A DNA stretch of 64,000 bases from Chiloscyllium plagiosum (Eukaryota). The position numbers and the translations under genes were made by a program. The stretch lies in contig NC_057719.1 in NCBI RefSeq assembly GCF_004010195.1, forward strand, positions 79,935,080-79,999,079, given 5' to 3'. Shown here piece by piece: positions 1 to 10,736 of the stretch. The notes beneath the pieces are model-generated. The model made no database searches. It had not been told where the DNA came from and saw only the letters and a list, made by a program, of their open reading frames with translations. Position 1 is the stretch's first letter, and every line of letters begins with the position of its first letter.

Positions 1-80
1 TACACCACTTCTCACCTCAATCCAGAGTCCCAAACAGTCATTCCAGGTGAGACAGAGGTTTACCTACCTCTCTTCCAAAG
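1..80 (+). mobile_element. Penelope-like element fragment (region just upstream of GIY-YIG)
   Basis: Translates to TSIQSPKQSFQVRQRFTYLSS, resembling the 'SIQGPKQSFQVRQRFTC' segment recalled from vertebrate PLE ORFs. Confidence 0.5.
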
Positions 81-329
81 GTCACTTCTTCCACGTCCAG
101 AAACTCCAAAAATTAAAAGTCATTGCTCTCCGCGCGCTGTTTAAATGACCCAAATCAACGCCAAAATATTTTTTAAAAACTCGAACATCTCCTCCTCGCT
201 GTTTCAATACTGGGCGGCTTCTCAATCTTTTTCGACCAGAACTGACCTCTCAAAACATTTTTAAGCAGGTAGCCCAGACTGTAACATTGTTATTTGCCTT
301 CAGCTTGGTGCATATTGGACATCTTTGAG

Positions 330-425
330 GAGAAAGTGAGGTCTGCAGATGCTGGAGATCAGAGCTGAAAATGTGTTGCTGGAAAAGCGCAGCAGGTCAG
401 GCAGCATCCAGGGAACAGGAGAATA
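330..425 (-). mobile_element. Short PLE pseudo-LTR 3' fragment
   Basis: Same sequence family as 18139-18290, 31040-31137 and 63862-63948; flanked by direct repeat ATATTGGACAT (312-322 and 423-433). Confidence 0.75.
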
Positions 426-1283
426 TTGGACATTCCCGGAGTACATTAGCTGGTTCGAAGTACATTACCACAAACAGTAATTAAAATGACACAGGAATCA
501 TAATGCTCGAAATCAGAAAGGCAGAAACACAGAGGGAAGACTTCCAGTTTCCCCGTGTGCTTTATTGAACTCACACTCGAACTGAATTGAATTGCACAGC
601 TGGAGAGTTGGCCTTGCCACGTTGTCGATATCAGCTTTGAAAAGAACGAATTAACCTTCTGGCCTGAAACTCCACCCGTTCGCTAACAGCAAGGCCACAA
701 TGAAGAATTCGAATTTCAAACATAACGGGCAATGGACAATTACCCCTTATTTGAAAAGAAAAACTCAAGGACAAAGTCACCTTTTACAAGATCAGCATTG
801 TGACATCATTTAATATGTTTTTGTTGTTCTTGTTGCTTTTTTTGAGAATGTTCGTTTAGACACAGGCTCTGGAGTATGTTGTCTGGAGGGTTTTTAAGCC
901 AATTTCATTATAGCTAACAGGTTCTGATTCAGGAAACACACCTTGGAAGTTTTAAAATAAAAATGCACTCTGACAGTGGTGTTAACTGCTCCTCCATCTC
1001 AGGTTTATTCTGGTTTGGTTTGGTTTGGTTTTCACAAACCGTCAGTTGTTGTTTTTTTTTTTTGCGGCTGCCAAACAAAGGAAAAAAATACATTGGAGAA
1101 GTTGCTTCATGATGAATCTCTGTGACATCTCTCTCCTCTTGGACCCTATGTTTGATTTTGCCTTTTTTCTAAGGTACGTTTATGGGGAATGTTGCAGAAG
1201 TTTAGGACAACATCATTAATTTGTGATCTTCAGTTCGGTCTTCGAATAGCTTAAGTTATTCCACATTCTGTTCTCTTTTCTTT

Positions 1284-2185
1284 NNNNNNNNNNNNNNNNN
1301 NNNNNNNNNNNNNNNNNNNNNNNNNNNNNNNNNNNNNNNNNNNNNNNNNNNNNNNNNNNNNNNNNNNNNNNNNNNNNNNNNNNNNNNNNNNNNNNNNNNN
1401 NNNNNNNNNNNNNNNNNNNNNNNNNNNNNNNNNNNNNNNNNNNNNNNNNNNNNNNNNNNNNNNNNNNNNNNNNNNNNNNNNNNNNNNNNNNNNNNNNNNN
1501 NNNNNNNNNNNNNNNNNNNNNNNNNNNNNNNNNNNNNNNNNNNNNNNNNNNNNNNNNNNNNNNNNNNNNNNNNNNNNNNNNNNNNNNNNNNNNNNNNNNN
1601 NNNNNNNNNNNNNNNNNNNNNNNNNNNNNNNNNNNNNNNNNNNNNNNNNNNNNNNNNNNNNNNNNNNNNNNNNNNNNNNNNNNNNNNNNNNNNNNNNNNN
1701 NNNNNNNNNNNNNNNNNNNNNNNNNNNNNNNNNNNNNNNNNNNNNNNNNNNNNNNNNNNNNNNNNNNNNNNNNNNNNNNNNNNNNNNNNNNNNNNNNNNN
1801 NNNNNNNNNNNNNNNNNNNNNNNNNNNNNNNNNNNNNNNNNNNNNNNNNNNNNNNNNNNNNNNNNNNNNNNNNNNNNNNNNNNNNNNNNNNNNNNNNNNN
1901 NNNNNNNNNNNNNNNNNNNNNNNNNNNNNNNNNNNNNNNNNNNNNNNNNNNNNNNNNNNNNNNNNNNNNNNNNNNNNNNNNNNNNNNNNNNNNNNNNNNN
2001 NNNNNNNNNNNNNNNNNNNNNNNNNNNNNNNNNNNNNNNNNNNNNNNNNNNNNNNNNNNNNNNNNNNNNNNNNNNNNNNNNNNNNNNNNNNNNNNNNNNN
2101 NNNNNNNNNNNNNNNNNNNNNNNNNNNNNNNNNNNNNNNNNNNNNNNNNNNNNNNNNNNNNNNNNNNNNNNNNNNNNNNNNNNNN
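1284..2185. other. Assembly gap (N run)
   Basis: 902 Ns. Confidence 1.
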
Positions 2186-4972
2186 TGGCAACGCATTCCA
2201 TCCTCTCACAATTCTCTGCTTAAAGAATCCTCCTCTGACATCCCCTCTATACTTTCCGCCAAACAGGTTAAAACGATGATCCCTTGTGTTAACAATTTTT
2301 GCCCTGGGAAAAAGTCTCTGGCTTTCAACTCTATCTATGCCTCTCATTATCTTGTACACCTCAGTTAGGTCCCCTCCCTTCCTTTATTTTCCAATGAAAA
2401 ACATCCGAGCTCAGTTAACTTCTATTCGTAAGATAAGCCCTCCATTCCAGGCAGAATCCTGGAAACCTCCTCTGAATCCTCTCCAAAGCATCCACATCTT
2501 TCCTATAATAGGGCGACCAGAACTGGACATAGTATTCCAAGTGCGGTCTGACCAAAGTTTTATAGTGCTGCAATAAGATCTCACGGCTCATAAACTCAAT
2601 CACCCTGGTAATAAAAGCCAAAACACCATGTGCTTTCTTAACAACCCTGTCCACTTGGGTGGCAATTTTAAGGGATCCATGTACCTGCACACAAAGATCC
2701 CGCTGTTCCATACTGCCAAGAATTCCATCTTTAATCCTGTACTCAACTTTCAAGTTCAACCGACCAAAATGCATGACTTCACATTTATCCAGGTTGTACT
2801 CCATATGCCACCTCTCTGCCCATCTCTGCATCCTGTCAATGTCACGCTGCAGCCTACAACAGTCCTCTATACTGTCAACGACACCTCCAACCTTTGTGTC
2901 GTCTGCACACTTGCTAAACCATCCTTCAATCTCCTCATTTAAGTCATTAATAAAAACTTCAAAGAGTAGAGACCAAAGAACAGAGCCATGTGGAACACCG
3001 CTCACCACTGACTTCTGGGCAGAATACTTTCCTTCCACTGCCACTCGCTGTCTTCTGTCGACCAGCCAATTCTGTATCCAGACAGCTCAACTTGCCTGTA
3101 TCCCATTCCTTCTGACCTTCTGTTCGAGCCTACCATGGGGAACCTTATCAAATGCCTTGCTGTATACACGACATCCACTGCTCGATCCTCATCAACTTGT
3201 TGAGTAACATCCTCAAAGTACTCAATAAGTATTGTGAGGCATGACCTGCTCCTCACAAAACCGTGCTGATTGCATTTAATCAAGCCATGTTCTTCCAGAT
3301 GGTCATAAATCCTACACATCAATCCTTTCTAACACCTTTCAGACGACTGACGTGAGACTGGCTGGTATGTAATTGCCGCGGATTTACCTATTTCCTTTCT
3401 TGAAGAGAGGAATTACACTTGCCTCCCTCCAGTCCTCAGGTACGACTCCGGTGGAGAGCGAGGATGCAAATATCTTCGCAAGCGGCGAAGCAATCACATT
3501 TCTCGCTTCCCAAAGCAGCTGAGGACAAATCTGGTCTGGTCCTGGCGACTTGTCAATCGCAATGATTGTCAAAATTTTCAGCACATCAGCTTCCTCAGTC
3601 TCTATCCTTCCAGCATGCTTACCGGCTCCTCAATGTCTTCATTCACTACAAGGTCCTTTTCTTCAGTAAAGACAGAAGCAAAAAACTCATTGAGGGCTTC
3701 CCCTACCTCCTCAGACTCTGTACACACGTTTCCTCTGCTATCCCTGATCGGCCCTACTCTTTCTTTGATCATTCTCTTATTCCTCACATACGTGTAAAAT
3801 AACTTTGGATTCTCCCTAATCCTTCCTGCCAAGTCCTTTTAATGCTCCCTCCTGGTTCTCTTCAGACCATTGTTGCGCTCCTTCCTCGCCTGCCTGTCAT
3901 CCTCTAGAACTGAGTTTGCTTCCTCCACCTGAAGAAAACTGCCTTCTTTCTTTTGACGAGAAACTGCTCCGCTCTCGTCATCCAAGGTTCCTTTATTTTA
4001 CCCCTTCTTGCGTATCTCAGAGGAACACATTTATGCATCACTCGCAACAGTTGTTCCTTAAACAGTCTCAACATGTCTATAGTGCCCTTTCCGTGGAAAA
4101 ACTGCTCCCATTCCATGCTTCCCAACAAACATCTGATAGCATCATAGTTTCCTTTTCCCCAATTAAAGGTTCTCCCATTGTGCCTGGTCCTTTCCTTTTC
4201 CACAGCTAATTTGATTATGACGCAGTTGTGGTCATATCACCAAAATGCTCTCCCACCACAAGATCTGACAAATACCCCAGCTCATTGCCGAGCACCAAAT
4301 CCAAAATGGCCTCTCCCCTCGTCGACCTGTCAACGTACTGAGTTAGGAAACCCTGCTGAACACACCTTACAAAAACCGCTCCTTCCAAACCATCTGCTCG
4401 AAGGAGTTTCCAATCAATAATGGGAAATTTGAAGTCATCCATTACAACAAGCCTAGTACATTCACATTTTAAAAGAATCTGTCGACCTATACTTTCTTCA
4501 ATCTCCCTGCTGCTATTGGGAGCCTGTAGTAAACCCTTAACGAGGTGACTTCCCCCTTGCTGTTCCTAATTTCCACACATACTGACTCAGAAGACAGACC
4601 CTCCTCGATAATGGTAACTTCTGTAGCTGTGATACCCCTCTCTGATTAGCAGTCCCACATCCCTCCTCTTTTTCCCCTCCCTATTCTTTTTAAATGTTCA
4701 AAACCCTGGAACATCCAGGAACCATTCTTGCCCCTGAGAAACCCTCGTCTCTGCTTTGGCCACAACATCATAGCACCAGGTACTGATCCATGCTCTAAGC
4801 AAATGATTTTTATTCCTGATACTCCTTACATTAAAGCAAACACACTCTAACTGATCCCTTGGTACTTTCCCAAGAAATTTCTTCCCACTGGCTGCGCTAC
4901 CTCTTGCTATTGCCTCATCTCCATGAACTCTCACCACCAGTATATAGCTCGGGTTCCCACCACCCTGCCATA

Positions 4973-6005
4973 CTAGTTTAAACCCTCCTGAACCACTCGA
5001 GCAAGCCTTCCACCCAGGACATTGGTCCCCTTCCAGCTCAGTTGCAACCCGTTCTTCACATACAGATCCCACCTTCCCCTGAAGGCAACCCAAGTATCTA
5101 TATATCTGAAGCCCTCTCTCCTACACCATTAGCACAGCCACGTGTTAAGCCGCGCCCGCCCCCTGTTCCTCGCCACGCTATCTCGTGGCACCGGTACTAA
5201 ACCCTGAAATCACTTTTTGTATCCGGAATCCTTTTCCTGGCCATATCATTGGTGGCAATGTGTAACACGATTTCTGGCAGTTCGCCCTCCCCATTCAGAA
5301 TCTTATACACCCGAACGGAGACGTCTCGGACCATGGCACCAGGGAGGCAACATACCTTCCGGGAATCCCGATCCTGACCACAAAATCTCCTGTCAATTAT
5401 CCTGTAACACGATTTCTGGCAGTTCGCCCTCCCCATTCAGAATCTTATACTCCCCGAACGGAGACGTCTCAGACCATGGCACCAGGGAAGCAACATACCT
5501 TCCGGGAATCCCGATCCTGACCACAAAATCTCCTGTCAATTCTCCTAACAATCGCATCTCCTACCACTAGCGCTTTTCTATTCTGCCCCCTTCCCTTCTA
5601 GGCCACAGTGTCAACCTTAGTGCCACATTACTGTCCACTAAGGCTTTCCTCTGGTAGGTAATCCTCCCCAGCAGTATCCAAAATGATTAACTTATTGCTG
5701 AGCGGAATGTCCACAGGGGATATCTGCACTCTCTGTCTGTCTGTCCCCTTTCCTCCCCCTGACTGTAAGCCATCTATCCTTATCCTGAGCCTCAGGAGTG
5801 ACCAACTGCCGGTAACTCCTCTCAATTACCCGCTTCGCCTCCCGAATGATCCGCAGTTCATCCAGCTCCAGCTCCAATTCCCTAACACGGTTTTGAAGGT
5901 TCTGGAGTTGGGTGCACTTCCCGCAGATGTAGCCATCGGAGACATGTCCATGTCTCTCACCTGCCACATGCTGCACGAGGAGCAAGCAACTGCCCGAGCA
6001 TGCAT
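4973..6005 (-). pseudogene. CR1 ORF1 remnant (zinc knuckle/coiled coil + SGNH esterase-like)
   Basis: MHARAVACSSCSMW...YICGKCTQLQNLQNRVRELELELDEL...VCCLPGAMVRDVS...IVLHIATND; frameshifted and internally duplicated. Confidence 0.85.
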
Positions 6006-6241
6006 ACCGCACTTATCTGAACGCCCACACAATACTAAACAAGAAGGCTTAATTCAATTGTTATAAAATTATGCAATAATCTTATATTCAATAAAGGAAG
6101 TTTAGAAATGAACCGTACCCAATTAAGTTGGTTAGAGGAGGAGGGAGCGTTGGAGACGCTACAGTTGTAGTGCCACGGGTTTAGTCGCCTTGCGAATATA
6201 TATGGTCTCTTACTTTCCTGCCCAGCAGCCCATCTGAACCG

Positions 6242-6589
6242 CGTCACTTCCGCCACTACTCCGGCTCCGACTGTGGAGGAAAAACACCACTGGCCATACC
6301 GGTAAGTAATTTTAAAAATCTTCCTTACCTTAGCTGTAGCCTTCCTGATTCGCCTTACCTCCGCTGCTGCTCCCACTCAAAAACGTCACTGGCGTCGAAG
6401 GGTAAGTACTTAAACTCACTCCTTTCCTTCCCGGCAGACTCTCTGGTCCACGTCACTTCTGCCGCGACTCCTACTCCTACTGTGGAGGTAAAACACCGCT
6501 GGCCACTACCGGTAAGTAATTTTAAAAATCTCCCTTACCTTACTTGTAGTCTTCCTGGTTCGCCTTACCTCCACTGCTGTTCCCACTCA
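6242..6589 (-). repeat. Two ~138-bp direct repeats (period ~209 bp) in the CR1 5'UTR
   Basis: CGTCACTTC...CTCCCACTCA at 6242-6378 and 6451-6589. Confidence 0.85.
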
Positions 6590-7436
6590 CATTGGATCTG
6601 CAAAGATGGCAGAATTTCATTCCACAACATGTGACTGCACGTATGGAGCAGCTTTCATGAACTTCGATGTACCACATTCTAACCAATCCATCTGTGGTCA
6701 AATAAAGTCGGCACGGAAGCACTTGCAAAGATGTCATAGAAGAAAGGACGAAACGATTGTCAGGAACACTATAACGTGTGAACTCTTGCCAATCGCAAAA
6801 CACTGCAACTGTTGGACTGATAGCATCTCTTCCTCCTCAAAGGAACTCTGGATTTCCTTTCTTTTTTTTACCCCATTTGAGGGATTGTAAGTTGCCTGCA
6901 CTCGAACCATCTCCTCTTCCAAATTAAAGCTCAGCCAAATTTAATGATTAACAATCAGGCAGTCGTAGACTTTCCAGTGAAGAAAATATATTACGATCAC
7001 GATAACTGAAGAAGCAGGAAATGAAGTGTGTAGATGCTCTAAAATTTTTGAAGTGGAGAGTGTTACACGTACAAGATTGTAATTTGACGTGGTAAAAGTG
7101 GGATATTTACCATATGTAAAGTGATGGAAGGACCTCCCATCGCTCAATCATAAGAAGGAGACTGCCAATCAATACCGTGAGACTGTTCTTTTGAGTTGAA
7201 TGTAATATTTTATTCAACACTGTTCGATCAAATCCAGTGTTGTCTTCCTCGTTGGACATAATTTCCACGATTACATTTGTTAAATGCCATTAATAATGTC
7301 AAGGATGCATCAACTTGCTTGATTCCCGATAGGTGTGACATTGGTACAAATACAGAGATCATTCTTTTCCTTAAGGCATGCATCAATCAGAATCCTTCAG
7401 CTATTACAGGAAAAAAACACTTTTTCTCTCAAAGAA

Positions 7437-8745
7437 ATATACAAAGCTACTGTTCAGGCGAAAGTGAATTATTACCCAGTTCCTGTATCGGGTGGTCTTC
7501 CTGGTGAGATATTTTAAAATGTCAGTTGTTACACTGTCTCAATGTTTTCTTGTTCACTCTTCATTTTGGATATTAGTGAATTATTAGTGGAATAAACGCA
7601 CCAATTCTGTTTCTGTAATATCCACATCACTCTTTAAAAATGATTTGATATTTAAAATGTTAAAGTGCCTGGACGAAGGATATACAGGATTTGGCGACCA
7701 TCTTGTCAGTCAGTACAGGGAGATGTCTCCTGTATCTTATTTATCTTATTCGATATGTGGATCATTCGCTCATTTTGATAGTTACACTGAGTGGATTCAT
7801 GCACTGTCAATAGTTACCGACTATCTGTTACTGGAATATCAATTGCCTGCTCCATCTCTCTTGCAGACAACTTGATGACAATCCTGATTCTGACAAGAGG
7901 AATCTGTGGCCCTTCCAAGTGTATCTCTATTTCATTGGTGGCAATGACAATAGCGTATCTACTCGTCATTATTATCAAATTTATGGTGTACCATCTCTTC
8001 ATTTTCGTTCTTGTCCTACACATCGGTGTGCAGTGTCATTTAATATCTGATGCTGACTCACTCGATTTACCTGTTTGGAGCTTTTTGTCCTTCACATGTG
8101 AGCAATTTGTCGTAATCAGCTGCCAGAAATTTAAAACACAGTATTTCACCAAATAACAGCAATCACATTTGTAGTCACCTTTTGTCTTCTGAGTATATTT
8201 AAGAAATACCAATCTTATTTCAACTGGTACCTTACCAAATAATTAATACGGTGCAGTGGGTTTGTCGCCAAAGATCTGCTTATTACCTTTCACCCGCAGA
8301 AATAGCGTTTGTGTGGCTTTACACCACCTCAGTCATCTGGTTTCCGTTTTGTCTGATCTAATTGTTTAATTCAATAACTGCTCGATAATCATTAAAGACC
8401 AATAGAAATCTCACTGGTGTCGGTCTTGTGGAAATGAGAATCAAAGTAACCCAGAGACTGAGGACGGAAGGAAATCCAACATATTCCTCCTCTCTGTACC
8501 AATAAGTTGTATATTGCTCTGGTTGACAAATGCTGTGAATTATGTGATTACCAGATTTGTCACCACGAATTATTACCAGGCTGACCACAAAAACCCTAAT
8601 TATATCGCCAGTAAATGTGCAGCTTTTCGAAAGTGTTGGTGTTGTTTTCGAAACTCATTTACGATGCAGCCACCCAAAAGAAGTTCAGAGAATAACTGAA
8701 ATGTATGATCAACTCCATTGCGATATATGAAGACAATAAGTGAGA
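7437..8745 (+). pseudogene. GPR139/GPR142-like class A GPCR pseudogene, two exons (7437-7503; 7867-~8745)
   Basis: Exon 1 IYKATVQAKVNYYPVPVSGGLP ends at G|GTGAGA; acceptor CTCTCTTGCAG at 7866, phase-compatible. Exon 2 NLMTILILTRGICGPSKCISISLVAMTIAYLLVII...SFTCEQFVVISCQKFKTQYFTK*...ENQSNPETEDGRKSNIFLLS..ILLWLT...AATQKKFRE matches the recalled shark GPR139-like pattern (NL..I.IL.RGKCGLS; FTFDRFVAICCQKLKTKYCT; DPEMENRRKS; TQ.KFRE). Stops, frameshifts, and ATA at the expected ATG position. Confidence 0.85.
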
Positions 8746-9101
8746 AAATAAATACAGAAAAAAAGGGAAAACTAAATCAATTTTTTCAAGAAAGTGCTCA
8801 TCGTGAATTTTTCATCTTTCTGTATATTAGAATTTTTCTGACAACGTGAAGACTGAAATACATTCAAGTTCAGAATTATTTGGTTTTGCTTGCTTTTCGA
8901 TGTGCTATTATCCAGTTTTCTGAATCATTTTTGATCATACGTGTCTTGAATCAAATTCCGGACTAATATATGACTACAATAAGCTCTCGAGACGTTAGAC
9001 AAGTGGAAACGTTATACTCCACTATTGACTCGAACTCAACACATTCTATGGTGGCATCAACGTATTTCGTTTTTTTTGCGAAGATCTTGCTGAATGCATT
9101 T

Positions 9102-9412
9102 TTAGATTAGATTCCTATCGGGTGGAAACATGCTCTTCGACTCAACCAGTCCACACCAACCCTCCGAAGAGTCACCCACCCAAAACCATTCCCCTCTGAG
9201 TAACGCACCTATTACTATAGATAATTTAGCATGGCCAATTCTCCTGACCTGCACATCTTTGGACTGTGGGAGGAAACCGGAGCACCCGCTGGAAATTTAC
9301 GCAGACACGGGGAGAATGTGCAAGCTCCACACAGATAGTTGTCCAATGCTGGCAGCGAATCTGTGATCCTGGTGCTGTGAGGCAGCAGAGATAACCACTG
9401 AACCACCATGCC
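9102..9412 (-). mobile_element. HE1/V-SINE (tRNA-derived)
   Basis: V-domain GGAGGAAACCGGAGCACC...GCAGACACGGGGAGAATGTGCAAG; (TTAGA)n tail. Confidence 0.88.
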
Positions 9413-10236
9413 TTCCCAAATATTGCGAATATTGCAGTCGCAACTCAACACCTCCTAAAAGGCAAATGGGAAGAATCTTTTAGCACATATTGTATGAGAA
9501 ATAAGAAACAATTCCACGCTAAATTGTCCATTATGGTTCTTGCCTGAATGTATCTTTAACATTAATTTCAACTTAAAACATTGTGCTAGCTGATACATCA
9601 GTCGTCACGTCGGTGCAATTCGCTTCGGAAAAATTGAATGTACTTTCAATATAAACAACTAGTTAAAATGAGCCTTAATGTCCAGGGATTTCTTTGCCAC
9701 AACAAATATTAGCCTTTTGAACTCTATTTTCTTAGTTTTGAGAGGTGGGAAATTGCATACGTTACTTTAATTTATTGTTTGAGAGACTGGTTGGATGAGA
9801 AAAGAACTATATTATTCACCACTGTTAAGAAAATTACAGATTAAGAACAAACGTCATGGTTTTCACTCACTTATGCTGCAGAAGGAAGTGTCTTGGCCCA
9901 TTATATCTAAGCTGATTCTCTGTGAAGTATTCGAATCACTTTCCACTTCGCACGTGACCTTTGAGGAGTAGAAATTCATTTATCATTCAATTTATTTGTG
10001 AAATCATTGATTGAAGATTTTCGCATGACACGAGAGAAACCAGGCTTCGAATTCATTCGTACTCATCGCAGAAAATAATTCTGCAAAGTGAATGGTATTG
10101 ATCATTGTGCAATAGGTCAATATGGATTTTATTGATTGTTATATCAAACATAAAAATGTGGATGAATAAATGTTCTACTTCCTCACAGCAACCTTATCTA
10201 CTGGATATTGTTCATCTTGTTAACACATTTTTAGTT

Positions 10237-10736
10237 NNNNNNNNNNNNNNNNNNNNNNNNNNNNNNNNNNNNNNNNNNNNNNNNNNNNNNNNNNNNNNNN
10301 NNNNNNNNNNNNNNNNNNNNNNNNNNNNNNNNNNNNNNNNNNNNNNNNNNNNNNNNNNNNNNNNNNNNNNNNNNNNNNNNNNNNNNNNNNNNNNNNNNNN
10401 NNNNNNNNNNNNNNNNNNNNNNNNNNNNNNNNNNNNNNNNNNNNNNNNNNNNNNNNNNNNNNNNNNNNNNNNNNNNNNNNNNNNNNNNNNNNNNNNNNNN
10501 NNNNNNNNNNNNNNNNNNNNNNNNNNNNNNNNNNNNNNNNNNNNNNNNNNNNNNNNNNNNNNNNNNNNNNNNNNNNNNNNNNNNNNNNNNNNNNNNNNNN
10601 NNNNNNNNNNNNNNNNNNNNNNNNNNNNNNNNNNNNNNNNNNNNNNNNNNNNNNNNNNNNNNNNNNNNNNNNNNNNNNNNNNNNNNNNNNNNNNNNNNNN
10701 NNNNNNNNNNNNNNNNNNNNNNNNNNNNNNNNNNNN
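10237..10736. other. Assembly gap of exactly 500 Ns (probably a fixed-size scaffolding placeholder)
   Basis: N run of round length. Confidence 0.95.

Larger units (their letters stand above)
2186..6590 (-). mobile_element. Near full-length degenerate CR1 (HER1-type) LINE: 5'UTR, ORF1, ORF2 (APE endonuclease + RT); 3' end runs into the gap
   Basis: ORF2 pieces: CFNVRSIRNK and TRGEAILDLVLGNE (endonuclease); KSPGPDQICPQLL, VPEDWREASVIPLFKKG, QHGFVRSRSCLT, SGVPHGSVL, KCADDTK, YKTLVRPHLEYYVQFWSP (RT); many frameshifts. Confidence 0.93.

Noticed and set aside
440..1283. Possible LTR sequence
   Set aside because: Composition is suggestive only; no second LTR, PBS or TSD visible, and it is truncated by the gap
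1216..2359. Long ORFs crossing N runs (also 10105-10919)
   Set aside because: Artefacts of translating gaps
6540..6922. Short ORFs between the CR1 5' end and the GPCR pseudogene
   Set aside because: No family motifs in any frame
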